Shown here one piece after another: positions 39,736 to 50,053 of a stretch of 64,000 bases of DNA. This DNA comes from Alphaproteobacteria bacterium. Its GTDB lineage: Bacteria; Pseudomonadota; Alphaproteobacteria; UBA828. Under the pieces are notes generated by a model. The model was given only the letters and a program-made list of their open reading frames with translations, had not been told where the DNA came from and did not search any database. The translations under genes were made by a program, and so were the position numbers. Numbering within the stretch: position 1 is the stretch's first letter; the number at the start of each line of letters is the position of its first letter. The stretch lies in assembly GCA_963422645.2 (NCBI GenBank), contig CAXXVO010000007.1, positions 32,001 to 96,000 of the forward strand. The letters run 5' to 3'.

Positions 39736-41070
39736 CTACTTGCCGATGCAAAAGTCGCGGAAGACGAGGTCGAGCACCGCCTCCACGTCGACCCGGCCGG
39801 TGATGCGGCCGAGCGCATGCGCCGCGAGTCTGAGTTCCTCCGCCAGCCGCTCGTCCGCCGGCCCAGCGATGGCGCGAGCCAGCGCGTCACGGCATTCGAC
39901 GACCGCCTGCCGGTGCCGGGCACGAGTGAGCGCAGGCGCGCCGCCCGTCGGGTAGCGTCGCGCAATCTCCTCGGCCAGCGTCTCTAGCAGCGCTTCGATG
40001 CCGGCACCGGTCAGGCACGAGACACCGAGCGCCGCGTGGCCTTCGATCGAACCAGGGCCGGGACCCGCGAGAAGGTCGCTCTTGTTCAGCACCGGAAGCG
40101 CGTCGTCCCCCAGCAGTGCGAGGCTCTGCGCATCCGTCACGGGCCAGAGCGCGCCGTCGAAGACCACCAGCGAGAGGTCGGCGCTCGCCGCGCGTGCCAA
40201 CGCCCTGCGCACGCCTTCGCTCTCGATTTCGTCCCGGCTCTCGCGCAGGCCCGCGGTATCGGCCAGGGTGAGCGGCCACCCTGCGAGGTCCATGCGGACC
40301 TCGACCACGTCGCGGGTGGTGCCCGCGCGGGTCGAGACGATGGCCGCATCCCGCCCGACTAAGCGATTGAGCAGGCTCGACTTTCCTGCATTCGGTGCAC
40401 CCACGATACCGACACAGAAACCTTCGCGCAGGCGCTCGCCCCGGCGGGCATCGTCGAGGTGGGCCGCGATCTCCGCCGCCAGCGCCGCAAGACCGGGAGC
40501 GGCGGCGGCCATCGGATCCTCGCCCAGTTCCTGGTCCGAAAAATCGATGGCGGCCTCGACGTTGGCCCGGAGCACCATGAGCCGCTCGCGCCAGCCGTCG
40601 TAGAGCCGATGCAGCCCGCCTTCCATCTGGGCGAGCGCCTGGCGGTGCTGGGCCTCGGTCTCGGCCGCGACCAGGTCGGCGATCCCCTCCGCTTCCGTGA
40701 GGTCGAGGCGCCCGGCCTCGAAGGCGCGGCGGGTGAACTGGCCGGGCTCCGCCGGGCGCAGGCCGGGGATCGCCGCGAGCGCATCGCACAGCGCGGCGAT
40801 GACGGCGGGTCCGCCATGCACGTGAAACTCCGCCATGTCCTCGCCAGTGGCGCTCGCGGGCGCGGGGAACCAGAGCGCCAGCCCCCGGTCGATCGCCGCG
40901 CCCGTCGCCGGCTCGTGGAATCGCCGGAGCACGGCCCGCCGGGCCTCCGGCAACGGCTTGCCGCCGATCCGTGTCAGCGCCGCTGCCGCAGCAGGGCCGG
41001 AAACCCGGATCACCGCGATGGCGGCGCGCCCGCCGCCGGAGGACAGCGCGAATATGGTGTCGCCGGTCAT
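39736..41070 (-). CDS. mnmE: tRNA modification GTPase MnmE (TrmE)
   Basis: [23 protein letters not shown]-terminal FCIGK. Confidence 0.98.
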   Translation of the reverse strand: MTGDTIFALSSGGGRAAIAVIRVSGPAAAAALTRIGGKPLPEARRAVLRRFHEPATGAAIDRGLALWFPAPASATGEDMAEFHVHGGPAVIAALCDALAAIPGLRPAEPGQFTRRAFEAGRLDLTEAEGIADLVAAETEAQHRQALAQMEGGLHRLYDGWRERLMVLRANVEAAIDFSDQELGEDPMAAAAPGLAALAAEIAAHLDDARRGERLREGFCVGIVGAPNAGKSSLLNRLVGRDAAIVSTRAGTTRDVVEVRMDLAGWPLTLADTAGLRESRDEIESEGVRRALARAASADLSLVVFDGALWPVTDAQSLALLGDDALPVLNKSDLLAGPGPGSIEGHAALGVSCLTGAGIEALLETLAEEIARRYPTGGAPALTRARHRQAVVECRDALARAIAGPADERLAEELRLAAHALGRITGRVDVEAVLDLVFRDFCIGK

Positions 41071-41120
41071 CGCCTACGGTGAAGTTGCCGCGCGGATGCC
41101 GGCGGCAGGCCCGTGCGGGG

Positions 41121-41519
41121 TCAGGAAGCGGCGGTCGCCGCCGCTTGGCTGAGGTCCGCGGCGCCGTCGACCTCGTCGGGGAAGGGCTGGTCCGGCATCA
41201 GCATCAGCCGCTCGACCCGGCCGTCGCCCACGAGATGGGTCTCGATGATCTCGTCCACGTCCGCCACGGTCTTGACCGCATACCAGACGCCTTCGGGATA
41301 GATCACCATGGTCGGCCCGAACTCGCAGCGATCCAGGCACTGGCTCGCGTTGATGCGCACGTCGGTGAGGCCGCGCTGTTTGGCTCTGGCTTTCATGTGG
41401 GCGCGGAGCTTGACCGAGTCCTTCGCGCTGCAGCAGCCGCGCGGATGGCCGGGCGCGCGGGTGTTGACGCAGCAGAAGACGTGGCGCCGGTAGTAGGGCG
41501 GCGGGTCCGGCAGGCTCAT
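41121..41519 (-). CDS. Thioredoxin-like [2Fe-2S] ferredoxin
   Basis: HVFCC...GCC...CLDRCEFGP...YPEGVWY. Confidence 0.88.
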   Translation of the reverse strand: MSLPDPPPYYRRHVFCCVNTRAPGHPRGCCSAKDSVKLRAHMKARAKQRGLTDVRINASQCLDRCEFGPTMVIYPEGVWYAVKTVADVDEIIETHLVGDGRVERLMLMPDQPFPDEVDGAADLSQAAATAAS

Positions 41520-41785
41520 CCCGCGCCGCCTCCGCCGCCCTTGGGCGCGCCGCCGCCGGCTTGCCCGAACCCTTCCCAGAAGGCCTTCTGCATGGCCTCG
41601 AAGCCCTGGAGCCCGCCGGGGAGCCACGATTTCAAGAGCGCCTCGGGATCGATCTGGCCGATCGCCTCCGCCATCCGCGCCTCCAGGCCCTTGGCCATGG
41701 CCTCGTGGGCCGCCCTCAGGTCCGGCATCCCGCAGAAGGCCCGGGCCTCCTCAGGCGTGCAGTCGATCTCGATCTTGACCTTCAT
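41516..41785 (-). CDS. Conserved small alphaproteobacterial protein (DUF6489-like)
   Basis: MKVKIEIDCTPEEARAFCGMPD motif. Confidence 0.8.
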   Translation of the reverse strand: MKVKIEIDCTPEEARAFCGMPDLRAAHEAMAKGLEARMAEAIGQIDPEALLKSWLPGGLQGFEAMQKAFWEGFGQAGGGAPKGGGGGAG

Positions 41786-42006
41786 GGCAACCTCGCTCGC
41801 GACACAATCCGCGCTCAGGCGACGGGCGCGACCATACCCCGCCGCCTGACCCCTGAACAGGGTACCGTCGCCCTGCCATTAGCGCTGACCGGTAAACCAA
41901 GGGTGTGCGGAAGAGGTGCGGCCCTCAAGAATCGTCGCGGTCGACTGCCGCTCTTGCAGTTTTCTTGCTATGATCAAGGAAACGAACCTGATAGCCTTGA
42001 GAATCT

Positions 42007-43894
42007 GTAACTGCCCAGGTCGTCTGATTTGTCATTTTGGGCCAGTGGATTGAGGCGTTTCTCGTTCGGAGTTGGTGGAAAGGGCTTGACGGGAATTTCG
42101 GGAAATGACTCAACAACGACATGAGCAATCCCGAGTCGCCGCGCGGCCCTTCGACGGGAGCAGCGCCCGAAACGCCCGCGCAGAAGATCGCCCGCCTGGA
42201 GGAGGAGAACGCCCGGCTTCGGGAGGAAAATGCCTGGCTTCGGCAGCAGAACGCGCGGCTGGAAGAGCAAGTCGCGCGTCTCGTCGAGCGCATCGAGGAG
42301 TTGGAGCGCCGTCTCGGCCTCAACAGCGGCAACAGCGTCAAGCCGCCTTCGAGCGATGGGCTGAGGAAGCCGAATTCGAAGCGGCGAACCCGAAGCCTGC
42401 GCGGCAAATCGGGCCGCAAGCCCGGTGGCCAGCCCGGCCACAAGGGCAAGACGCTGCGCCGCGCCGATCACCCGGATCGGGTGAAGGATCACGTCCCGGC
42501 TTCCTGCAAGGGATGCGGTTCGCCGCTTTCGGACGCGGCCAGGGCGGGAACGCCCGTCGCCCGCCAGGTGTTCGATCTGCCCGAGCCGAGCCCCCTGGAG
42601 GTGACCGAGCACCGGGCGCATGCCAAGTGCTGCGGGCATTGCGGGACGGTGACCCGGGCGGCGTTCCCCGACGGGGTGTCGGCGCCGGTGCAGTACGGCC
42701 CGCGCATTGCCGGGGTGGCGGTCTACCTTCAGCACGCTCACTTCCTGCCGGAGGATCGGCTGTCGCAGGTGATGGCCGAGCTCTTCGGCGCGCCGGTGAC
42801 GGCTGCGACGTTGGCGACGATGAGCGAGAGGGCGGCCGAGCGGCTGCGGGACGCGGCCTTGCACATACAGGACCTGGCGGCGGGCACGGCGCGGGTGAAA
42901 CACATGGACGAGACCGGCTTGCGGATCGGCGGTCAGACGCAGTGGCTTCATGTGATCTGCACGCCGCTGCTGGCGGCGTACCGGGTCAGCGGCAAGCGCG
43001 GCGCCCTGCTCTCGGGTGTCTCCGGCATCGTCGTGCACGATCACTGGAAGCCGTACTTCGCGATGGAAGGGGTGGAGCACGGCCTGTGCAACGCCCATCA
43101 CCTGCGGGAGTTGCAGGCGCTGGTGGACATCGAAGGGGAGGCTTGGGCCCGGCGGATGCAGCAGCTCCTGCGCCGAGCCAATCGCGCCGCCCGCATCGCG
43201 CTGGACAAGGATATCGCCGTTCCGGCGAGGCTTGTGGCGCTGATCGAGCGCCGATACGACGAGATCATCGCCGATGCGCTGGCCTTTCACGAGAGCCAAC
43301 CACCGTTCTCGCCTGGCAAGAGGAAGAAGCGCCGGAAGCGAAGGATCGGTCACAATCTGGCCTTGAGGCTGCGCGACCACAAATGCGCGGTGCTCCGGTT
43401 CCTGATCGACCTCGAGGTCGGGTTCACGAACAACGAGGCCGAGCGCGACCTTCGGATGATGAAGCTGCGCCAGAAGATCTCCGGGGGCTTCCGGTCCGCG
43501 CAGGGGGCCGAGAACTTCGCCATCCTGCGCAGCGTCATCACCACCGCCAGAAAGCAGGGCTGGAATATCATCGAAGCCCTGACCAGCCCATCGGATCGGC
43601 TCATCGCCACCGTCAAGTGCGCGTAAGCTCACCTGGCACGGGTTCTCCAACAGCGGAGCCATTCTCATAAACGATCATGGTCGACGCCGTGCTGGACCAC
43701 CCCATAGAATGAAAATCGGTGCCCGTCGCGCGGGCGGACTTCGGGCCACATCGGGGTAGCTTACCGGTCGCAGTCCGCAAGAGGGGCATCGTGAGCTGTG
43801 AAACCCGGCGACCCCAGAGGAGCACACGGGCGTCGCGTGGGTAGCGTTGTGCCGAATCCCAGAGAATTTTCACAGCAAGAACCTGGGCAGTTAC
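42007..43894 (+). mobile_element. IS66 element A, copy 3 (1888 bp), no target duplication
   Basis: Same IRs; flanks GAGAATCT and GGCTTGGA do not match. Confidence 0.95.
42121..43626 (+). CDS. IS66 transposase (element A copy 3)
   Basis: Protein identical to copy 1. Confidence 0.95.
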   Translation: MSNPESPRGPSTGAAPETPAQKIARLEEENARLREENAWLRQQNARLEEQVARLVERIEELERRLGLNSGNSVKPPSSDGLRKPNSKRRTRSLRGKSGRKPGGQPGHKGKTLRRADHPDRVKDHVPASCKGCGSPLSDAARAGTPVARQVFDLPEPSPLEVTEHRAHAKCCGHCGTVTRAAFPDGVSAPVQYGPRIAGVAVYLQHAHFLPEDRLSQVMAELFGAPVTAATLATMSERAAERLRDAALHIQDLAAGTARVKHMDETGLRIGGQTQWLHVICTPLLAAYRVSGKRGALLSGVSGIVVHDHWKPYFAMEGVEHGLCNAHHLRELQALVDIEGEAWARRMQQLLRRANRAARIALDKDIAVPARLVALIERRYDEIIADALAFHESQPPFSPGKRKKRRKRRIGHNLALRLRDHKCAVLRFLIDLEVGFTNNEAERDLRMMKLRQKISGGFRSAQGAENFAILRSVITTARKQGWNIIEALTSPSDRLIATVKCA

Positions 43895-43973
43895 GGCTTG
43901 GAGTGGACATGCCCTTGCCGCGCCGCAGGCCGGGCGGCTATCGTCCGCCGCTCAATCGGCAGCGAGGCGCGAC

Positions 43974-45353
43974 ATGGCAACGAGGCCCGACGTGAGTGGC
44001 CGCAATCTCGACCTCGACAGCGCGGTCGACGAGGTGACGGCGCGCTATGTGGGCGCCAATCCCGCCAGCGAAGCGCAGTACGAGCGGGCGAAGCAGAGCC
44101 TGCCCGGCGGCAACACCCGGACCGGCATGTTCTACACGCCCTTCCCGCTCGCAATCGCGACGGCGGCCGGCGCAACGCTGACCGACGTCGACGGCCACAC
44201 CTACACCGACTTCGTCGGTGATTTCTCCGCCGGCCTCTACGGTCATTCGCATCCGGTGATCCGCGAGGCCCTGACCGCGGCCCTCGACGACGGCATGGCC
44301 TACGGCTCGTCCAGCCCCTACGAGGAGCGGCTGGCGACGCTCGTCTGCGCACGATTCTCTTCCATCGAGCAGGTGCGATTCACCAACTCGGGCACCGAGG
44401 CCAATACCATGGCGCTGGTCACCGCCCGCGCCGTCTCCGGCAAGGACCTGGTCATGGTGTTCGAGGGCGCCTATCACGGCGGCACCATCTACTTCGGCCG
44501 CAAGAGCGCGCCGATCAACATGCCCTTCCCCTTCGTGATCGCGCCCTATAACGACGCGGAAGAGGCGACGCGCCTGATTCGGGAGAATGCGGAGCGCCTC
44601 GCCGCCGTGCTGGTCGAGCCGATGCAGGGTGCGTCCGGCGCGATTCCGGGCGAGGCGGGCTTTCTGCGCGCGCTTCGCGAGGCCTGCACCACCCACGGCG
44701 TGCTGCTCATCTTCGACGAGGTGATGACCTCCCGGGTCGGGCCCGACGGGTGCCAGGGGCAGCTCGGCATCGCCCCCGACATGACGACGCTGGGCAAGTA
44801 CATCGGCGGCGGAATCTCCTGCGGCGCCTTCGGCGGCCCGGCGGAGATCATGTCGCGCTACGATCCCTCGAAGCCCGGCGCCTTCGTCCACCACGGCACC
44901 TTCAACAACAATGTGCTGATGCTCAGGGCCGGCGCCGCCGGTCTCGAAAAGGTCTTCACGCCAGAGGTGCAGGTGGCGCTCAACGACTCAGGCATCGCCT
45001 TGCGCGACGCCCTCAACGGCCTCGCCGCCAAGCACGGAGCGCCCTTTCAGGTCACCGGCCTCGGCTCGATCATGACGATGCACTTCCAGCGCGAGCCGCT
45101 CCGCTCCATCCGCGACATCCAGCCCCGGGACGAGCGCCTGCGCCAGCTCCTGCATCTCTACCTGATCGACAAGGGGTTCTTCACGACCCGGCGCGGGTAC
45201 ATGGCGCTCTCGCTGCTCATCGCCGAGGCCGATTGCGCCAGCCTGGTCGACGCGATCGACGACTTCCTGGCCCACCACGGCCATCTCCTCGATGCCGCCC
45301 CGGTGGGAGGTCCAGTTGAAGATTGGCCGGCTGCCGCCGGCGCTACCACCTAG
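43974..45353 (+). CDS. Class III PLP aminotransferase (GSA aminomutase-like)
   Basis: LPGGNTR, FTNSGTEA, YHG, LIFDEVMT, TLGKYIGGG, GTFNNN. Confidence 0.9.
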   Translation: MATRPDVSGRNLDLDSAVDEVTARYVGANPASEAQYERAKQSLPGGNTRTGMFYTPFPLAIATAAGATLTDVDGHTYTDFVGDFSAGLYGHSHPVIREALTAALDDGMAYGSSSPYEERLATLVCARFSSIEQVRFTNSGTEANTMALVTARAVSGKDLVMVFEGAYHGGTIYFGRKSAPINMPFPFVIAPYNDAEEATRLIRENAERLAAVLVEPMQGASGAIPGEAGFLRALREACTTHGVLLIFDEVMTSRVGPDGCQGQLGIAPDMTTLGKYIGGGISCGAFGGPAEIMSRYDPSKPGAFVHHGTFNNNVLMLRAGAAGLEKVFTPEVQVALNDSGIALRDALNGLAAKHGAPFQVTGLGSIMTMHFQREPLRSIRDIQPRDERLRQLLHLYLIDKGFFTTRRGYMALSLLIAEADCASLVDAIDDFLAHHGHLLDAAPVGGPVEDWPAAAGATT

Positions 45354-45366
45354 CGAGGGAGAACGA

Positions 45367-45765
45367 ATGAACGACAGCGAACGCCGCAATCTCGCGGTGA
45401 TTACAGAGGTCTGCGACGCCTACAACCGGCACGACGTGGAGGGCATCGTCCGGCACTTCGCCGAGGACTCGTCCTGGCTGCTCTCGCGGGGCGTGCCGCC
45501 TGAGGGCGGGCGCGCGCGCGGCATCGACGAGATCCGCGCCATGGCGCACAGGCGCTTCCGCACCATCCCCGACATGTACTGGCATATTCGCAGCCACTGG
45601 GTCGGCGGCAACCGGGGCTGCTCCGAGTGGACCGTCACCGGCACCGAGAGCAAGGGCAACAAGATCAACTGGCTGGGCTGCGACATCTGGGAGCTGAACG
45701 ACGACGGCAAGGTCGTCACGAAAGACACCTACTGGAAATTCGCGGGCGAGGAGGCGCCAGAATAG
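45367..45765 (+). CDS. NTF2/SnoaL-like protein
   Basis: AYNRHDVEGI, SEWTVTGT, GCDIW, KDTYWK. Confidence 0.85.
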   Translation: MNDSERRNLAVITEVCDAYNRHDVEGIVRHFAEDSSWLLSRGVPPEGGRARGIDEIRAMAHRRFRTIPDMYWHIRSHWVGGNRGCSEWTVTGTESKGNKINWLGCDIWELNDDGKVVTKDTYWKFAGEEAPE

Positions 45766-45840
45766 GCACCGCGCCCTGTTGTTGACAGCGTTCAGGCCGG
45801 CTCTGTAAACAACGGGGCCGCGCCGGCGCGGGACACCGCC

Positions 45841-45933
45841 GGAGGGATGGCCGAGTGGTCGAAGGCGGCGGTTTGCTAAACCGTTGTACGGTGACAAGCC
45901 GTACCGTGGGTTCGAATCCCACTCCCTCCGCCA
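45841..45933 (+). tRNA. tRNA-Ser(GCT)
   Basis: Acceptor GGAGGGA/TCCCTCC + G + CCA; anticodon arm GCGGT-TTGCTAA-ACCGT; long variable arm; TTGACA upstream at 45782. Confidence 0.97.
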
Positions 45934-46717
45934 CCTCTCTCGTGTAGATAGTTGTATTGAAAGGATATTATTGGGGTCCTTTGAGAGACGCCCCCCTATT
46001 TTCAGCCCTATTTGAAACGCGATGTCGCGGCACGCCCCTGAACCGCAGGAGACGATCCCACTCGTCATCACTCGCCTGTCGACCAGGGCGAGTCTCCTGT
46101 CGGTCAGCGCTCGACAACGTCGCCGACCGTAGCGCACCCGCCGCTCCCTGGCCCGGATCGCGCGCGATCGTCCGGCGCTGGATCGGCTGCGTTCGGGGCG
46201 AGGCGATAGGGGCCGGCCATGGCTCGGATGCGCTCGACATCGGCCAACAGACTTGCGCGCACGAGCGACCACGACGACCCAACCCAGCCATTCACGTGCT
46301 TCTGGTCCGCCGTGATCTCAACGGACTAGCACGGTAGCGTTGACCCCGGAGCCGTCACGTTGACGGCCCGCCCGCCTGCCTCGACACGCTCCGGTCAAAT
46401 TCACTCCCGCGCCGAGCGGGCCCCGCCGGACCGTCAGAGGCGCGTGTCACTCCCCAACCGGGGGGAGACCCAGCCATCCGACCCCACCCCCCTCATCGCA
46501 TCCACACACACGACAGCGGTTCAGAAACCCGGCGGCCGATCTGATCGGCGACGCGGGCTGGTCACGCCGACTTCCGGAGACAAGCCCCAAGGCTCGAGCA
46601 GGACCGCTCCAGAGCCCACTTGAGTGACATGGGTATGAGATCGCCCCCTCGCTCCCCTTGACGCGTGCGATCCTCACGTGATCCACATAGACGGAGAAGA
46701 TTGCTAGAGGGCTCAGT

Positions 46718-47524
46718 GTGAGCGGTTCGCAGGAAGGGCCGCTGCTGGTCTGTGACGCCGTCCGCGCCCATTATGGTGCCATGGCGGCGGTGGACGGTCT
46801 GAGTTTCACCGTCGGCCACGGCGAGATCCTCGGTGTGGGCGGGCCGAACGGAGCCGGCAAGACGACCCTGTTCGACGTGATCTCGGGCCTGACCCGCGCC
46901 AGCGGCGGTACCGTCACGTTCGACGGCAAGGATATCACCGGCAAGTCCGCCGACCGCGTGTGCCACGCCGGAATCTCGCGCACGTTCCAGCTCAACGCCG
47001 CGTACGACACGCTCACCGTCGAGGAGAACGTGCTGTGCGCGTCCTACTTCGGCTATCGCAACGTCGTCTTCCCCAAGCTCGGCTTCGACCGTGCCGCCCG
47101 CGCGCGGGCCGAGGAGGCCATTGCCTTCGTTGGGCTGGAGGACGACAGCAACACCGTGGTGAGCGAACTGCCGATCCTGCACCGCAAGCTGCTCATGCTC
47201 GCCGCCGCCGTCGCACGCCGGCCCAGGCTGCTCCTGCTGGACGAGCCCGTGGGCGGCCTCAACCGGCAGGAAATCGACCATGTCATGCGCATCGTCGGCC
47301 GGCTGCGCGACGAGCAGGACCTGACTATCGTCCTCATCGAGCACGTCATGCGCTTCCTGGTGGCGCTCTCGGACCGCGCCCTGATCATGCATCACGGCCA
47401 GAAAATCTACGAAGGGCCGGCGGACGGCCTGGCGCAGGACAGGACGGTGGTGGAGGTCTATCTGGGCGAGCGCCAGGCCCAGCGTCTTCGGCTCGGGATC
47501 GTGAAGGGAGAAGCCGGTGGCTGA
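46718..47524 (+). CDS. HAAT-family ABC ATP-binding protein (LivG-like)
   Basis: GPNGAGKTT, RTFQ, LLDEP, IEH. Confidence 0.9.
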   Translation: MSGSQEGPLLVCDAVRAHYGAMAAVDGLSFTVGHGEILGVGGPNGAGKTTLFDVISGLTRASGGTVTFDGKDITGKSADRVCHAGISRTFQLNAAYDTLTVEENVLCASYFGYRNVVFPKLGFDRAARARAEEAIAFVGLEDDSNTVVSELPILHRKLLMLAAAVARRPRLLLLDEPVGGLNRQEIDHVMRIVGRLRDEQDLTIVLIEHVMRFLVALSDRALIMHHGQKIYEGPADGLAQDRTVVEVYLGERQAQRLRLGIVKGEAGG

Positions 47525-48239
47525 GGCCTCGCTGAGCGTCGACGCCATCACGGCCGGTTATCGGAGCCGACCGGTCCTGCGCGACGTCTCGCTTGCCGTG
47601 CCCGAAGGGGCGGTCGTCGGCATCGTCGGCCCGAACGGCCACGGCAAGACGACGCTGCTGCGCTGCATCTCCGGCATGATCCCGCTGTCGTCGGGTCAGG
47701 TCCTCTTTCGCAGCAGGACCCTGAAGGGGATGGCGGTCGAGAAGATCGCCGAGCTCGGGGTCATTCACATTCCGCAGGGCGATATGATCTTTCCCGACAT
47801 GTCGGTGCGCGACAACCTGTTGATGGGCGCCTACATGCCCGCAGCTTACGCCAGGGTCGATGAGCATTTGAGCGCGGTGCACGAGCTGTTCCCCGTACTG
47901 TTCGAGCGTCGCGATCAGACGGCGAGCACGCTCTCCGGCGGCGAGCGGCGGATGCTGGGGATCGGCCGCGGCCTGATGTGCGGTGGGCGGCTGCTGATGA
48001 TCGACGAGCCGTCGCTCGGGCTCGCGCCAATCATCATCGAGCAGATCTACGCGGTGCTGACCGAACTGAAGCGTGAAGGCAGGACCATTCTCCTGGTGGA
48101 GGAAAACGCGGCGCGCATGCTCGACCTCGTCGACGAGGTCTATCTGCTCGACCATGGCGAGTTCGTGTGGAACGGGACGCCAGCCGAGTTCGAGGAGCGA
48201 CAGGAGGTTCTCGAGACTTATCTGGGCGCAGACTTGTAG
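47517..48239 (+). CDS. HAAT-family ABC ATP-binding protein (LivF-like)
   Basis: GPNGHGKTT, LSGGE, DEPSLGLAP. Confidence 0.9.
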   Translation: MAEASLSVDAITAGYRSRPVLRDVSLAVPEGAVVGIVGPNGHGKTTLLRCISGMIPLSSGQVLFRSRTLKGMAVEKIAELGVIHIPQGDMIFPDMSVRDNLLMGAYMPAAYARVDEHLSAVHELFPVLFERRDQTASTLSGGERRMLGIGRGLMCGGRLLMIDEPSLGLAPIIIEQIYAVLTELKREGRTILLVEENAARMLDLVDEVYLLDHGEFVWNGTPAEFEERQEVLETYLGADL

Positions 48240-48520
48240 TCGCGAAGAGCTTTTCCCGGAATGTTCTCGGCGGCTTGACGCGTGGCGCCCTGCGCGTGGC
48301 AAGCGGCATTCGATTCACTAGACCATCACACGCTCTGTGGCCCGCCGTGCCATGCCCCACGACCGGGTTTGTCAACGCGGCGCTGCGGTTACTTTACGGA
48401 GCCCTCAGCGACCGCCCACTCTACTCCACGGCGCACAGAGGACTAACGTCTGGTCCGCCGGTTGGCGCAGCGCTACACTGGATCCACTAGAAAAACTAAT
48501 CGAATACAGGGAGCGACGTC

Positions 48521-49882
48521 ATGTGGGGGAAGTGTGTAAACCTGCTCTCCAAGCGGGGGAAGAATGCGTCTGCGAGCGGCGTCTCGCGGCGTTCGTTTCT
48601 GAAAAACTCCGGCTTGGCTGCCGGCGCCGCCGTGTCCGGCCCGGCCGCGTTGATGGCACTCAACAAGGGCGCCAAGGCGGAAGGTGAGCCAATTCCCGTG
48701 GGCGGCGCGGTGCCGCTCACCGGCTGGGCGGCATCCGACGGCATCGAGGTTCGGCGCGGTCTGGAGCTGGCGATCGAGGAAGTCAACGCCCTTGGCGGGT
48801 TGCTCGGGCGCCCGATCGAGCTGCACATCGAAGACACGTCGACGATGGGCGCCAACTTCGTGATCCAGGCGCTGCAGAGGCTGATCGACCGACATGGAGT
48901 TCACGCCGTCATCAACGGATACAATGCAGGCACGCTTACCGCCGAATACGACACGATCGCGGACGCCGGGATTCTCTACCTGCACCACAACACCGCAAGC
49001 AGCCACAAGCGGGCAATCGCGAGCGATCCCGAAAGATATTTCGGAACCTTCATGTCCGATCCTGCGGACTACTGGTACGGGCCGGGTCTCATGCAGTTTC
49101 TCAAGGACCTGGAAGAGTCGGGCCAATGGACACGGCCCAACAACAAGCTGTTCCTGATCACTGGGTCCGACGACAACATGATGACCATCGGCAATGCGAT
49201 CCGCAGCACCTACGAGGGATTCGGCTGGGAGATCAGCGGCAGCGAGGTCGTGGTCACGCCGATTTCGGAATGGGGGCCGACTCTGGCCAAGGTCAGACAG
49301 GATAACCCGGCCGTGCTCGCCGTGATCCACTGGGTACCTCAGGACCTGGCGCAGTTCATGCTGCAGTTCACGCCGAATCCGACGAACAGCATCGTCTACA
49401 TGCAGTATGGGCCTTCGTTGCAGGCCTTCCGGGACATCGGCGGCGAGGCCGTCGTGGGCGTCACGTACTCGACCGTGATCGCCCAGCTGCAAGATGAAAT
49501 CGGCAATGCCTTCGGGGCGCGCTACAAGGCCAAGTTCGGTGACGACGCAAGTCCACTGATCGGCGCCCAGTCCTACGACAGCTTCTACGACTGGATAATC
49601 GCCGCCGCCATTGCCGGCGGCAGCGGCGCACCCGGCGACTTCGAGCAGAACCGCAAGATCTCGCACTGGCTGAACAGCCTCGCCTACCGGGGCGTGATGG
49701 GCACCATGAATTATGACATCAATCAGGAGGCCATTCCCTATCCCGACGCCACGCCCGATCCGTCACTCGGCATTCCTCACCAGTACATCCAGATTCAGGA
49801 GCTCACGGAGCCGCCGGTGATCATCGCGCCGAGCCCGTACGATACGGGTCGGTTCCTGACGCCTCCGTGGATGGACGCCTGA
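48521..49882 (+). CDS. HAAT-family ABC substrate-binding protein, Tat-exported
   Basis: SRRSFLK twin-arginine motif; PLTG...EVNALGGLLGRPIE. Confidence 0.88.
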   Translation: MWGKCVNLLSKRGKNASASGVSRRSFLKNSGLAAGAAVSGPAALMALNKGAKAEGEPIPVGGAVPLTGWAASDGIEVRRGLELAIEEVNALGGLLGRPIELHIEDTSTMGANFVIQALQRLIDRHGVHAVINGYNAGTLTAEYDTIADAGILYLHHNTASSHKRAIASDPERYFGTFMSDPADYWYGPGLMQFLKDLEESGQWTRPNNKLFLITGSDDNMMTIGNAIRSTYEGFGWEISGSEVVVTPISEWGPTLAKVRQDNPAVLAVIHWVPQDLAQFMLQFTPNPTNSIVYMQYGPSLQAFRDIGGEAVVGVTYSTVIAQLQDEIGNAFGARYKAKFGDDASPLIGAQSYDSFYDWIIAAAIAGGSGAPGDFEQNRKISHWLNSLAYRGVMGTMNYDINQEAIPYPDATPDPSLGIPHQYIQIQELTEPPVIIAPSPYDTGRFLTPPWMDA

Positions 49883-50053
49883 GTGCCGTGGACCTGACAC
49901 GCGGCTCTTAAGAGCGATGCCGGGAGAGAGCACTCTCTCCCGGCACTTAGGCGCAGTCGATCAGTGCAGCAGGTTGCCGCCTCGAAAATGGCGAAGAACC
50001 GAGTTGCGTCACCGCCGGCGAGTTTCGGGTCCGCCCGAAGCGAGTGAGCGATA

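Noticed and set aside
43613-43873. 86-aa antisense ORF (MKILWDSAQ...) in the IS66 tail
   Set aside because: No recognisable motif and no clear RBS; cannot be fully excluded without homolog conservation data
43974-45353. Calling the aminotransferase hemL because hem genes are nearby
   Set aside because: Alphaproteobacteria generally make ALA by the Shemin pathway, the gene is 14 kb away across an IS junction, and the motifs only support class III family membership
45957-46686. Short ORFs after tRNA-Ser as a possible integrase remnant
   Set aside because: No tyrosine or serine recombinase motifs recognisable in the listed ORFs
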